DNA of 64,000 nucleotides from NCBI GenBank assembly GCA_030744625.1, contig JASLQF010000044.1, positions 487-64,486 of the forward strand. The letters run 5' to 3'. Below the pieces are notes generated by a model. The model made no database searches. It had not been told where the DNA came from and was given only the letters and a program-made list of their open reading frames with translations. The DNA comes from Rhodospirillales bacterium. Lineage in GTDB: Bacteria > Pseudomonadota > Alphaproteobacteria > Rhodospirillales > JASLQF01. Made by a program: the position numbers and the translations under genes. Of the stretch, positions 20,576 to 31,009 are shown piece after piece; position 1 is the first letter of the stretch, and every line of letters starts with the position of its first letter.

Positions 20576-20753
20576 GGTCCCTGGACGCCCTTCCTGCACC
20601 CGATGAGCCAGACAGGGTGCCACGAATCGCTCTTGGCGGTCAAACCGCCGGGCGCTCGCGGGGAGCGGACAAGGCTTCGTCCGGCGTTGCCCTTTCGCCC
20701 CCCGTCGGCCATAACCTTGCCCTGGACATCAATCGCCGGGAGCTAAGGACAAC

Positions 20754-21917
20754 ATGCTGACACTGGCCGCCGGAATGTCACGGCTGGGAACGGAGACCGC
20801 CTTTGACGTCCTGGCGCGCGCCAAGGCGCTGGAGGACGAAGGCCGCGACATCATCAACCTAGGCATAGGGCAGCCCGACTTCCCGACCCCCGACAACATC
20901 GTGGAAGCGGCGGTCAGGGCGCTGCGCGACGGCCATCACGGCTACACCCCGGCCGGCGGCATCAAGGAGCTGCGCGAGGCGGTGGCCGCCGACGTCGAGG
21001 CGCGGCGCGGCGTCGCCGTCGAGCCCGGCAACGTTCTCGTCGTGCCCGGCGGCAAGGTCACCATGTTTTTCGCCATCCTCATGTTCGGCGAGGCGGGGGC
21101 CGAGATCCTCTACCCCAACCCCGGATTCCCCATCTACCAGTCCGCCATAGAATTCAGCGGCGCCACGGCGGTGCCCATCGCCCTGCACGAGAAGAACGGC
21201 TTCTCGTTCGACGCCGGCGAGGTCCTGGAGCGCCTGAGCGCGGCGACCCGGCTGATCATCCTCAACAGCCCGGCCAACCCGACGGGCGGCGTCGTGCCGC
21301 GCGCGGAGATCGAGCGCCTGGTGGAAGGGCTGGAGGCCTACCCGCAAGTCGCCGTGCTCAGCGACGAGATTTACGGCCGCATGCTGTACGACGGGCGCCG
21401 GCACGTCAGCCTCCTCGAATTCCCGGCCATCCGCGACCGTCTCATCGTGCTCGACGGCTGGTCCAAGACCTACGCCATGACCGGCTGGCGCATGGGCTAC
21501 GGCATTTGGCCGGCGTCGCTCATCGAGGCGGCGACGCGGCTCGCCATCAACTGCCACAGTTGCGTCAACGCGCCGGCCCAGTGGGCCGGCATCGAGGCGC
21601 TCACCGGCCCCCAGGACGAAGCCGATCAAATGGTTGCCGCCTTCGATGGGCGGCGCAAGGTGGTGGTCGAGGAACTCAACGCCCTCCCCGGCTTCAGTTG
21701 CATCGAGCCGGGCGGCGCCTTCTATGCCTTCCCCAACATCACGGGCACGGGCGTCGGCGCCGCCGCGCTCCAGGACGGGCTGCTCACCGAAGCCGGCGTC
21801 GCCACCGTCGCCGGCACCAGCTTCGGTGCCTTCGGGGAGGGCTATCTGCGCATCTCCTATGCCAACAGCACCGAGAACATCCGCCAGGCCGTGCGCCGCA
21901 TCCGCGAGTTCCTGTAA
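20754..21917 (+). CDS. PLP-dependent class I/II aminotransferase
   Basis: LGIGQPDF, NSPANPTG, SDEIY, GWSKTYAMTGWRMG. Confidence 0.93.
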   Translation: MLTLAAGMSRLGTETAFDVLARAKALEDEGRDIINLGIGQPDFPTPDNIVEAAVRALRDGHHGYTPAGGIKELREAVAADVEARRGVAVEPGNVLVVPGGKVTMFFAILMFGEAGAEILYPNPGFPIYQSAIEFSGATAVPIALHEKNGFSFDAGEVLERLSAATRLIILNSPANPTGGVVPRAEIERLVEGLEAYPQVAVLSDEIYGRMLYDGRRHVSLLEFPAIRDRLIVLDGWSKTYAMTGWRMGYGIWPASLIEAATRLAINCHSCVNAPAQWAGIEALTGPQDEADQMVAAFDGRRKVVVEELNALPGFSCIEPGGAFYAFPNITGTGVGAAALQDGLLTEAGVATVAGTSFGAFGEGYLRISYANSTENIRQAVRRIREFL

Positions 21918-22032
21918 GGGCCCTGTGCCCTGGACGTTTTTGGGCAAGTGCGGGGCCCCTGCCCCTTGTGCTACCCTTGCCGGCAACCGGGGGGAGCCAT
22001 CCGGGCAATCCCGGCTTTATCCAGGGAACTTC

Positions 22033-23076
22033 ATGCCGCGCATGCTCGCCGTTATCGTGGTCCTGGCGACCGCCGGCCTCGGTGCCTGCTCCGGGGAGGG
22101 GCGCCGGCCCGTGCCCGAGACCGTGACCGTTGCCGCGGAGCCGGGGCCGCCATGGGTTTCCGCCGTCAGGCGCCACCACTCGCTGGCCGGGCGCATCTGG
22201 CGGCCCTCGGAGAATGCCTTCGTCGATCGCCACGAGGTGCTGGCGGCCCTCGCCAAGTCGCCCTTCGTGCTCGTCGGCGAAAAACACGACAACGTCGATC
22301 ACCACGCCATCCAGGCCTGGCTGCTGGCCCGGCTCATGGCCGGAGGGCGGCGCCCCACCGTCGCCTTCGAGATGCTGACCACGGACCAGGAAGCTCGCTT
22401 GGCCGACTACCTCGCCGCCCATCCCCGCCAGGCCGCCGGCCTCGGCGACGCCGTCGCCTGGGGCAAGAGCGGCTGGCCGGACTGGTCCACCTACCGGCCC
22501 ATCGCCCAGGCGGCGCTCGACGGCGGTGCCCCGATCGTGGCGGCCGGCCTGGCACGCAAGACGCTGCGGGCGATCGCCGAAAAGGGGATCGAGGCGCTGG
22601 ACGACGGGGAAAAGGGCTTGGTCGGGCCCTATCGCGCCCTGCCGCCGCGCCTCGCCCTGCGCATGAAGAAGCGGATCGTCGAGAGCCACTGCCACATGCT
22701 GCCGGCGCCGATGATCGATCCCATGCTCACCGTGCAGACGGTGAAAGACGCCGCCATGGCCGCCACCCTGGTGCGCGGCGGGCAAGCGGCGGGACGCGAC
22801 GGCGCCGTCCTCATCGCCGGCAACGGACACGTCCGCGACGATCTCGGGGTCCCCTGGCACCTGCGGCGCATGGCTCCCGGCAAGGCCGTGGCCACGATCG
22901 GCCTGCTCGAGGTGGAGGAAGGGGTAGACGACCCGTCCGCCTACGCGGCCGGGTTCGGCGGCGGCACCCCGCCATTTACCTTCCTATGGTTTTCACCACG
23001 CGTCGACAACACCGATCCGTGCGAGAAATACGCCGAGCAACTGCGCCGCATGGGGAAAAAGAGAGCCAAGCCGTAA
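22033..23076 (+). CDS. ChaN family lipoprotein
   Basis: Lipobox LGAC, VLVGEKHDNVDHH, AFEM, IAGNGH. Confidence 0.85.
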   Translation: MPRMLAVIVVLATAGLGACSGEGRRPVPETVTVAAEPGPPWVSAVRRHHSLAGRIWRPSENAFVDRHEVLAALAKSPFVLVGEKHDNVDHHAIQAWLLARLMAGGRRPTVAFEMLTTDQEARLADYLAAHPRQAAGLGDAVAWGKSGWPDWSTYRPIAQAALDGGAPIVAAGLARKTLRAIAEKGIEALDDGEKGLVGPYRALPPRLALRMKKRIVESHCHMLPAPMIDPMLTVQTVKDAAMAATLVRGGQAAGRDGAVLIAGNGHVRDDLGVPWHLRRMAPGKAVATIGLLEVEEGVDDPSAYAAGFGGGTPPFTFLWFSPRVDNTDPCEKYAEQLRRMGKKRAKP

Positions 23077-23134
23077 ACCGCCACGCTGCGGAGGCCCCGG
23101 CCGCCGCCTTCGGGGCTCGGATCCCCAGAGTCTG

Positions 23135-23731
23135 TTACGGCTCTCTGTGGATCACTTTGCCGTTCCGTTCGACCCACAGCACCTGATCTATGCCCTCTTC
23201 CGAACGTTCGAAATCAAGGTGTTCGGTCCAGATCTTGTCCCCCATCTTGAAATCGATTCGGTAGCGGCCCGGGGCCAGCACGACGCTGGTATTAAACGTG
23301 GTTTCGGGCAGATCACTGAAGTGCACCCATTTTTTTTCGCCGACAGGCGTTCCATCCAGTGACAGTGGATGGAAGCCGACAAGCAGGCTTGGCAAGGCCC
23401 CCGTGGTTTCTATCGCAATCCAGTTCTTGCCATCCTCACTGGTTTCCTGACGGGCTCGGACAAAGGCAAAATTGTCGCCGCCGGTCAGTTCATCCTTGAA
23501 TTTCTTGAATTCCGCATCCGCCCTGATCCGTTCCTGGCGATCGAGATACCAGCCACCTCCACCGGCGGCGGAAATGACGAGGGCGACAACGGCAAATGCC
23601 GCGATCCACAGCCTGATCGCGAACCGATCCGTGGGCGGCGGCGGTTTGAGCGCCACGGCGGCCCCCATGACCACCAGCACCCAAGGTCCGCCGTGCAGGA
23701 CTATGGCAAGAAACATCTCCACGCCACACAT
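23135..23731 (-). CDS. Hypothetical membrane protein
   Basis: Two N-terminal hydrophobic helices, visibly more AT-rich 3' half. Confidence 0.6.
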   Translation of the reverse strand: MCGVEMFLAIVLHGGPWVLVVMGAAVALKPPPPTDRFAIRLWIAAFAVVALVISAAGGGGWYLDRQERIRADAEFKKFKDELTGGDNFAFVRARQETSEDGKNWIAIETTGALPSLLVGFHPLSLDGTPVGEKKWVHFSDLPETTFNTSVVLAPGRYRIDFKMGDKIWTEHLDFERSEEGIDQVLWVERNGKVIHREP

Positions 23732-23803
23732 CCTGACTCGGCCTCTCCCGCGAAGCCAGCGAATACCCGAAGTGGCCGCTGTTTACCCGGCCAAAGGGGG
23801 AAG

Positions 23804-23839
23804 CGCCCGTTTTTTGGGCAAGTGCCGCAATCCTGGGCA
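23804..23839. promoter_or_regulatory. Two putative NtrC binding sites
   Basis: CGCCCGTTTTTTGGGCA and TGCCGCAATCCTGGGCA (GC-N11-GC), about 90-120 bp upstream of the sigma54 site. Confidence 0.6.
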
Positions 23840-23890
23840 CGGGGGATTGGCCAGGACCAGGGCGGCGGCGCGCACGCATGGCAGGATTGA

Positions 23891-24331
<441 letters not shown>

Positions 24332-24345
24332 GAGGAGCCCCGACC

Positions 24346-25767
24346 ATGACACTGAATTGCAAATCCCCCGCCGACGTCCTCAAGGCCCTCAAGGACGATG
24401 GCGTCGAATTCGTCGACCTCAGGTTCACCGACCCCCGCGGCAAGTGGCAGCACCTGGCCATCACGGCCCCCCATCTGAGCGATGATTCCTTTGCCGACGG
24501 CGTCATGTTCGACGGCTCGTCCATCGCCGGGTGGAAGGACATCAGCGAATCCGACATGGCGCTCATCCCCGATCCCACCACGGCGGTGATGGACCCGTTC
24601 TCGGCGCAAGACTCGCTGATCCTGATGTGCGACGTGCTCGAGCCCTCGACGGGCCAGCCCTACGGGCGCGACCCGCGCTCGCTGGCGCGCCGCGCCGAGG
24701 CCTATCTCGGCGCCACGGGCGTAGGTGACACGGCGTATTTCGGGCCCGAGGCCGAGTTCTTCGTGTTCGACGACGTGCGCTTCGACGTCTCCATGAACCG
24801 GGTCTTCTATGAGTTCGATTCGGGCGAGGGACCGTATGTCAGCGGAAAGATCCTGCCCGAGGGCAACGCCGGCCACCGGCCGCCGCCGAAGGGCGGCTAC
24901 TTCCCGGTGCCGCCGGTCGATTCCCTATCCGACTTGCGCGCCGAAATGGTCACGGTGATGCGCGAGATGGGCCTCGACATGGAAAAGCACCACCACGAGG
25001 TGGCGCCCAGCCAAAACGAGCTCGGCATGGTCTTCGACACCTTGCTGCGCACCGCCGACAACCTGCAGATCTACAAATACTGCGTGCAAATGGTGGCCCA
25101 CACCTACGGCAAATCAGCCACCTTCATGCCCAAGCCGGTGATCGACGACAACGGCTCGGGCATGCACGTCCACCAATCCATCTGGAAGGACGCCAAGCCG
25201 ACGTTCGCCGGTTCGGGCTATGCCGATCTTTCGGACACGGCGCTCCACTACATCGGCGGCATCATCAAGCACGCCAAGGCTCTCAACGCCTTCACCAACC
25301 CCACCACGAACAGCTACAAGCGCCTCATCCCCGGTTTCGAGGCGCCGGTGCTGCTCGCCTATTCGGCGCGCAACCGCTCGGCCTCGTGCCGCATTCCGTT
25401 CACCACGGCGCCCGGCGGCAAGCGCGTCGAGGTGCGCTATCCCGACGCCACCGCCAACCCCTACCTGGCGTTTTCCGCCATGCTCATGGCCGGGCTCGAC
25501 GGCATCCAGAACAAGATCAACCCCGGCGATCCCATGGACAAGAACCTCTACGACCTGCCGCCCGAGGAACTCGAAGGCGTGCCCGTGGTGTGCGGCAGCC
25601 TGCGCGAGGCCCTGGGGGAACTCGACGCCGACCGCGACTTCCTGAAGGCCGGCGACGTGTTCTCCGACGACGTCATCGACGGCTACATGGAGCTCAAGTG
25701 GGAGGAGGTCTACAACTTCGAGCACACGCCACATCCGGTGGAGTGGCAGATGTACTACTCGTCGTAG
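24346..25767 (+). CDS. glnA: Type I glutamine synthetase
   Basis: [27 protein letters not shown], adenylylation site NLYDLP. Confidence 0.98.
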   Translation: MTLNCKSPADVLKALKDDGVEFVDLRFTDPRGKWQHLAITAPHLSDDSFADGVMFDGSSIAGWKDISESDMALIPDPTTAVMDPFSAQDSLILMCDVLEPSTGQPYGRDPRSLARRAEAYLGATGVGDTAYFGPEAEFFVFDDVRFDVSMNRVFYEFDSGEGPYVSGKILPEGNAGHRPPPKGGYFPVPPVDSLSDLRAEMVTVMREMGLDMEKHHHEVAPSQNELGMVFDTLLRTADNLQIYKYCVQMVAHTYGKSATFMPKPVIDDNGSGMHVHQSIWKDAKPTFAGSGYADLSDTALHYIGGIIKHAKALNAFTNPTTNSYKRLIPGFEAPVLLAYSARNRSASCRIPFTTAPGGKRVEVRYPDATANPYLAFSAMLMAGLDGIQNKINPGDPMDKNLYDLPPEELEGVPVVCGSLREALGELDADRDFLKAGDVFSDDVIDGYMELKWEEVYNFEHTPHPVEWQMYYSS

Positions 25768-25872
25768 GCGGCGGGACGCCACCCTCTAAATCGCTTCCGT
25801 TTACCAAATCTTGACGAATGGCGGCTAGGGTCCGCGGCCGAAAAACCGGCACGCGGGCACCGGAGGTCAGCC

Positions 25873-26190
25873 ATGGAACAGTTCCTGTCGAATTTCGCCT
25901 CTCTCTTCGACTCGGAGGAGTTCACCATATTCCTCACTGCGTGGGGCGCCCTGGCCATAGCCCTGACCATCGCCCTGGTGATCCGCAAGGTCTCCGACCA
26001 CATGGCCGGGATCGAGGAAGCCAAGCACCGCCAACGCGTCGAGGCGAGCCTCGGCGACGAAAAGGCCGAGGCCGAGCAGGCGGAGGCGGAACGCGCCCTC
26101 GAAGCGCTGCAAAGCAATGCCGCCGACAAAGTCGGCCCGCGCACGGCGAGGGATTTCATCCCTTACGGTTACTCCGACCGCGCCGCCTGA
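25873..26190 (+). CDS. Hypothetical single-TM protein
   Basis: SD GGAGG, one TM helix then a charged helix. Confidence 0.65.
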   Translation: MEQFLSNFASLFDSEEFTIFLTAWGALAIALTIALVIRKVSDHMAGIEEAKHRQRVEASLGDEKAEAEQAEAERALEALQSNAADKVGPRTARDFIPYGYSDRAA

Positions 26191-26261
26191 AGGCACCCAG
26201 CACCAACCAAGGCCACGAGTGGCGGCTGGCTGAGGGCCGGCACCCCGCTTATAATCCATCG

Positions 26262-26954
26262 ATGGCAAACGGATCGCCCGGTGGCGGCAGGCGGCGCGGG
26301 CTCGCTGTACTTGTGGCGACCGCCGTTCTTGGGTTGGCGACCTCAAGCGCGGCGGCGCAATGCGTCGCGGACGGGCGCGGCGTGGTCGTCGATTTGCGCC
26401 CGGTTCGCGGCCAGATAAAGTATCAATCGGCCAGCCCGGGGCAGTTGCGGCGCCTGCGCACGCGGGTGCGCGGCGCCGCCGGGAAGCTCGGCTGGCACGC
26501 CGTCGGCTTCACCCGCACCGAGGTGGAATACCGCATGCGCGTCACGGTGAGCGCGACACCTCTCTCCACGCGCCTCTACTGCGTCAGCCTGACCACGGTG
26601 GACGCGACGCTCGGCTACGGCACCCTCAACGTCTACATCGACGCCAAGTATCCGCGAAGGAGCTGCGCCTACCGCTCGATCATGGCCCACGAGAACGCTC
26701 ACGTGGACATTTTCCGGACCACGCTGGAACGCTTCGCGCCGCGCCTGCGGGCCCATCTGAGGCAGGCCACCGGGCGCATGGCGCCGATCCGCGCCGTCTC
26801 GCCCGACGACGGCGCCGAGCGCCTGAAGGAGCGCTTGCGCCATCAGATCGAGCCCTTGTTCAACGACATGAACCGGGTCCTGAACCGGGCCAACGCCAAG
26901 CTCGACACCACCCGCAACTACAAGCGCGAGCAGGAGCGCTGCAGCGATTGGTGA
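26262..26954 (+). CDS. Exported hypothetical protein with HExxH motif (DUF922-like)
   Basis: Signal peptide, AHENAH, C-terminal LDT..NY..C. Confidence 0.6.
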   Translation: MANGSPGGGRRRGLAVLVATAVLGLATSSAAAQCVADGRGVVVDLRPVRGQIKYQSASPGQLRRLRTRVRGAAGKLGWHAVGFTRTEVEYRMRVTVSATPLSTRLYCVSLTTVDATLGYGTLNVYIDAKYPRRSCAYRSIMAHENAHVDIFRTTLERFAPRLRAHLRQATGRMAPIRAVSPDDGAERLKERLRHQIEPLFNDMNRVLNRANAKLDTTRNYKREQERCSDW

Positions 26955-27077
26955 GGCTAACCCTACGTTAAGGAATTTGTTCTAGACCGGGTTTGGCGGT
27001 CGGCGCACGCCGCCTTACACGCCGATGGACGGTGCGGGAAATCGGGATTATTGTTGATTCGAGCCGAGGACACGGAC

Positions 27078-27536
27078 ATGGCCGAAGAAGACGACGCGGT
27101 CGAGGAACAGGCGGAAGAGCCGAGTGACGCGGAAGCCGCCGAGGCCGCGGCGTTCGCGGCGGCCGCCGAGGAGCCGAGTGACGCGGAAGCCGCCGAGGCC
27201 GCGGCATTCGCGGCGGCCGCCGAGGACACAGGTGACGCGGCCGCCGCCGGGCCCGCGCCGGACCTCCCACAGCGCAATCCCAACCAGAAGGAAGCGGTCT
27301 ACGACATCCCCGTCAAGGTCTCGACGGTACTCGGCGAGTCGGCCGTGCGGGTGAGCAGACTCATGAAGCTTGGCCGCGGCGCCGTGATCGTGCTTGACCG
27401 CAAGCTCGGCGAGCCCATCGATCTCTACGTCAACGACCGCTTGGTGGCGCGCGGCGAACTGACGGTGAGCGAAGGCCGCCTGGGCGTCACCATGACGGAA
27501 GTCATCCGCGGCAACATCAAGCCCGGCGCATCGTAA
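27078..27536 (+). CDS. FliN/FliM C-terminal (SpoA) domain protein
   Basis: DIPVKVSTVLG..LDRKLGEPIDLYVNDRLVARGE. Confidence 0.8.
   Translation: MAEEDDAVEEQAEEPSDAEAAEAAAFAAAAEEPSDAEAAEAAAFAAAAEDTGDAAAAGPAPDLPQRNPNQKEAVYDIPVKVSTVLGESAVRVSRLMKLGRGAVIVLDRKLGEPIDLYVNDRLVARGELTVSEGRLGVTMTEVIRGNIKPGAS
27117..27224. repeat. 54-bp in-frame tandem duplication encoding EPSDAEAAEAAAFAAAAE
   Basis: Two near-identical copies seen directly. Confidence 0.9.
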
Positions 27537-27590
27537 ACGAGTGGACGTCCTTCCCCCACAGGGCCCCCATGGGGAAGGTGGCGATAGGGT

Positions 27591-27989
27591 ATGGCGGAAA
27601 AGGTAACGAAATCGGACGCCGAATGGCGCGCCCAGCTCACCCCCGAACAATTCGCGGTGACCCGGGGGAAGGGCACGGAAAGGGCTTACAGCGGCGCCTA
27701 CCACGACAGCAAGGTGGCGGGAACGTATCGCTGCGTATGCTGCGGCGCCGCGCTGTTCCGTTCCGAAACCAAGTTCGATTCGGGAACCGGCTGGCCCAGC
27801 TTCTGGGCACCGGCCGCGGACGACGCACTGGCCACGGAAGAGGATCACGGCTTCGGCATGATCCGCACCGAGGCGACGTGCGCGCACTGCGACGCCCACC
27901 TCGGCCACGTCTTCCCGGACGGCCCGCCGCCAACGGGACAGCGCTATTGCATCAATTCACTCGCCCTCAAGCTCGACAAAAGCGATTAG
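27591..27989 (+). CDS. msrB: Peptide-methionine (R)-S-oxide reductase
   Basis: [32 protein letters not shown]. Confidence 0.97.
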   Translation: MAEKVTKSDAEWRAQLTPEQFAVTRGKGTERAYSGAYHDSKVAGTYRCVCCGAALFRSETKFDSGTGWPSFWAPAADDALATEEDHGFGMIRTEATCAHCDAHLGHVFPDGPPPTGQRYCINSLALKLDKSD

Positions 27990-28140
27990 AACCCTCGCCA
28001 TGACGCCGCCAACTCTCCCCGGCAGGGCCGGCGCCGCCTTCGCGGCGGGATCCCCGGGCAAGCCCGCCGACGGCCTCGCGGCGTGGGGACCGGCCGCCGC
28101 CCGGTGGCTGAAGAAAACCGGCGGAACGGACTGAGAGACC

Positions 28141-28986
28141 ATGGACCCCGCCGCCATCCGCGCCCAGGAAAAGGACCGCTGGAACTACGTCGCCGCCGGC
28201 TGGAAAACGTGGTGGGAGGTCATCGAAGGCTGGAGCCAGCCGGTCAGCGACCGCCTCGTCGAAATGGCCGGCGTGGGTCCCGGCGACACCGTCCTCGACA
28301 TCGCCACCGGCGCCGGCGAGCCCGCCCTCACCGCGGCGCGCCGGGTCGGGCCGGCGGGCCGCGTCGTCGCCACCGACCTGTCCGGCGCCATGATGCGGCT
28401 CGCCGCCGAGCGCGCCGCCGCCGACGGCCTCGGCAACATCGAGTTCCGCGAGGCCGGGGCGGAAACCCTCTCGTTGCCCGGAACAACCTTCGACGCCGCG
28501 CTGTGCCGCTGGGGTCTGATGTTCATGCCCGAGCCGGTGGCGGCGCTGGAGCGTGCCCTCGCCCACCTCGGACCAGGCGGGCGTCTCGCCGCCTCGGCCT
28601 GGGGGGCGGCCGAGGAGGTGCCCATGATCAGCATGGGCAGGTCGCTATTCAGCTCGCTCCTGCCGCCGCCCCCGGACCCCGACATCGGCCCCTTCCGCTT
28701 CGCCGAGGCGGGCACCCTGGAAGGCCTGCTCGCCGCCGCCGGGTTCGACGACATCGAGGGCGAGCCGATCACCGTCACCGTCGAGTTTGCGGGGATGGCC
28801 GATTTCATCCGCTACCGCCAGGAGGTCAGCACCCAGGACTTGGCGCTGCGCCAGAACCACCCGCCGGAGAAGGTGGCCGAGACATGGGCGACGGTCGCCG
28901 AGGAGGCCGCCGCCTACGCCGGTCCCGACGGCCGCGTGGTGATCGAGAACCGCGCCCTGATCTCGTCGGGCCGGCGAGCAAACTAA
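28141..28986 (+). CDS. Class I SAM-dependent methyltransferase
   Basis: VLDIATGAGE, DLS, FDAALCRWGLMF. Confidence 0.9.
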   Translation: MDPAAIRAQEKDRWNYVAAGWKTWWEVIEGWSQPVSDRLVEMAGVGPGDTVLDIATGAGEPALTAARRVGPAGRVVATDLSGAMMRLAAERAAADGLGNIEFREAGAETLSLPGTTFDAALCRWGLMFMPEPVAALERALAHLGPGGRLAASAWGAAEEVPMISMGRSLFSSLLPPPPDPDIGPFRFAEAGTLEGLLAAAGFDDIEGEPITVTVEFAGMADFIRYRQEVSTQDLALRQNHPPEKVAETWATVAEEAAAYAGPDGRVVIENRALISSGRRAN

Positions 28987-29513
28987 CCGCTGGTTTCGTC
29001 GGCCTCCTTGAATTGGCGCGCCCGCTTGACGTAGTTGTCGGCGGACCGCGTCATGACCGCCAAGTCGTCGTCGTTGAGGTCGCGCAGGCGCCTTGCGGGG
29101 ACGCCGCCCCACAGTTCGCGCGAACCGACCCGGACATCCGGCAACACCACGGCGCCGGCGGCGATGAACGCCTCCTTGCCGACCACGGCGCCGTCGAGAA
29201 CCGTGGCGCCGACGCCGATCAGGCAACCATCCTCGAGGATGCAGCCGTGGAGGACGGCGGCGTGGCCGATCGAGACGCCGGAGCCGATGATCGTCGGCGT
29301 GCCGAATTCCACGTGAACGACGCAACGGTCCTGGATGTTGGAGCGCTCTCCGACGCGGACCCCCGCCTCGTCGCCGCGCAGGACGGCGCCCGGCCAGAGA
29401 CTGCTCTCGGCGCCGATCTCGACGTCACCGACGACGGCGGAGCCGGGTGCCAGGTAGACGGTGTCGTCGACGCGGGGCCGCGCATCCTCATAGGGAACAA
29501 TAAGGCCACTCAT
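28983..29513 (-). CDS. Gamma carbonic anhydrase family protein
   Basis: GDVEIG, LRGD, SNIQD, IGHAAVLHGC. Confidence 0.92.
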   Translation of the reverse strand: MSGLIVPYEDARPRVDDTVYLAPGSAVVGDVEIGAESSLWPGAVLRGDEAGVRVGERSNIQDRCVVHVEFGTPTIIGSGVSIGHAAVLHGCILEDGCLIGVGATVLDGAVVGKEAFIAAGAVVLPDVRVGSRELWGGVPARRLRDLNDDDLAVMTRSADNYVKRARQFKEADETSG

Positions 29514-29532
29514 GGTTCCGTCCCTCATCCTT

Positions 29533-30240
29533 TCACGGTATCTGAAGCCAGTCGCGCAGGGCGGCGTTGACGGCTTGGGGTTGCTCGAGGGTGGCCAGGT
29601 GGCCGCAGTCCTCGACCACGACAAGGCTTGCCCGGGGCATGGCACCGGCCATCTCCTGGTGTACCTCGAGGGGCGTTAACGCGTCCTGGCGCCCGCACAG
29701 GACCAGCGTCGGGCAGTGGATCGCCGATAGGTGCGGCCGGCTGTCGATACGCTTCAGGATGGCGCTCTGCTGGCGCAGGAAGGCGTCCTTCCCGATGCGC
29801 TCCGCCATGGCCATGACGCACCCCGTCAGCTCCTCGTCGTCGAGCCGGTCGGGGTGAATCAACAATGGCAGAAGGCGCGGCGTAACGCCCTTGAACCGGC
29901 CCTTCCGGGCGAGCTCGATGAGGCCGCCGCGGTGTACCGTATTTTCCGGCGTATCGGCGCGCGCCGAGGTGTCGAGGAGAGCCAGGCGCGTCACCCGGTC
30001 GGGCGCCTGGCGCATGATCTCGAGGGCCACGTAGCCGCCCATCGAAAGCCCGGCCAGGGCGAAGTTCTCCGGCGCCTCGATGAGCACCGAGCGCGCCATC
30101 GCCTCGATGCTGTCGTCGTCGGTGAAATCGCCGATGGTGAAGGACGCGGCGTCGCCCAGGGTCTCCGTCTGGTGGCGCCACAGCGCCCCGTCGCAAAGCA
30201 GGCCGGGCAGAAGCACGAGCGGGGTCGTGGACGCCGTCAT
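29533..30240 (-). CDS. Alpha/beta fold hydrolase
   Basis: LPGLLCD, GLSMGG, GRQD, CGHL. Confidence 0.9.
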   Translation of the reverse strand: MTASTTPLVLLPGLLCDGALWRHQTETLGDAASFTIGDFTDDDSIEAMARSVLIEAPENFALAGLSMGGYVALEIMRQAPDRVTRLALLDTSARADTPENTVHRGGLIELARKGRFKGVTPRLLPLLIHPDRLDDEELTGCVMAMAERIGKDAFLRQQSAILKRIDSRPHLSAIHCPTLVLCGRQDALTPLEVHQEMAGAMPRASLVVVEDCGHLATLEQPQAVNAALRDWLQIP

Positions 30241-30265
30241 CGGGGCACCGTCATTCGAGTTTTCG

Positions 30266-30808
30266 TCATTTGATCAAGGCCAGAAGTTCCCTGAAGTGGG
30301 GATGGTCGGCGCGCTCCATCCATTCGAAGACGACCATCTCGGTGGTAACGATGGCGGCTCCGGCGGCGCGCAGGCGCTCCACGCCGGCGGTGGCGTTCTC
30401 CGGCGTGCGCGAGGCGGCGGCGTCGGCCACCACGAAGACCTCATGGCCCTTGTCCAGCAGATCCATGGCGCCCTGCAGGACGCAGACATGTGCCTCCATG
30501 CCGGCGACCACCGCCTGGCCGCGGTCGAGCTCGCGGAAACGATCCGCGAAAGCGTCGTCGGCGACACACGAGAAGTGCATCTCCTCGACGATGGAGCCTT
30601 GGGGGGCCAGCTCGGCGATTTCCGGTACCGTATGGCCAAGACCGCCGGGGCTCAGCTCGGGCACCAGGACGGGAACCCCGAGGCGCCGCGCCGCCGTCAT
30701 CAGCACGCGGGCATTGGCGATGGCGCGGGCGGAATCGTGGACGGCAGGCGCCAGCCGGGCCTGAACGTGCACGACCAACAGCGCCGAGCGCTCGGCCTTG
30801 ATCAGCAT
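30266..30808 (-). CDS. Isochorismatase-family protein with non-canonical active site
   Basis: SALLVVHVQ, GMEAHVCVLQ, VVADAAASR, TTEMVVFEW. Confidence 0.85.
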   Translation of the reverse strand: MLIKAERSALLVVHVQARLAPAVHDSARAIANARVLMTAARRLGVPVLVPELSPGGLGHTVPEIAELAPQGSIVEEMHFSCVADDAFADRFRELDRGQAVVAGMEAHVCVLQGAMDLLDKGHEVFVVADAAASRTPENATAGVERLRAAGAAIVTTEMVVFEWMERADHPHFRELLALIK

Positions 30809-31009
30809 CGGCCTCATTCCCCAAACGAACCGCGTAATCGGGGCGCCACGTTAACGGATGCGGCTAGCCCCGCCAAGGGCACTGCTAGCGCCCCGGCGCC
30901 CCGACATGCAGGGGCGATTGACAGGGGTGTGGGAAAGCCTAAACTCGCGCACCAGACTTGGCGCCAACCGCTTCCATTGGCGGCTCCCCGCCGCTCAGAC
31001 CCGGTTTGA

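Noticed and set aside
21937-23825. 15-bp direct repeat TTTTTGGGCAAGTGC (21937 and 23811) bracketing chaN and a hypothetical gene
   Set aside because: A match this short can occur by chance in 64 kb, and the second copy is partly explained by the NtrC-like sites.
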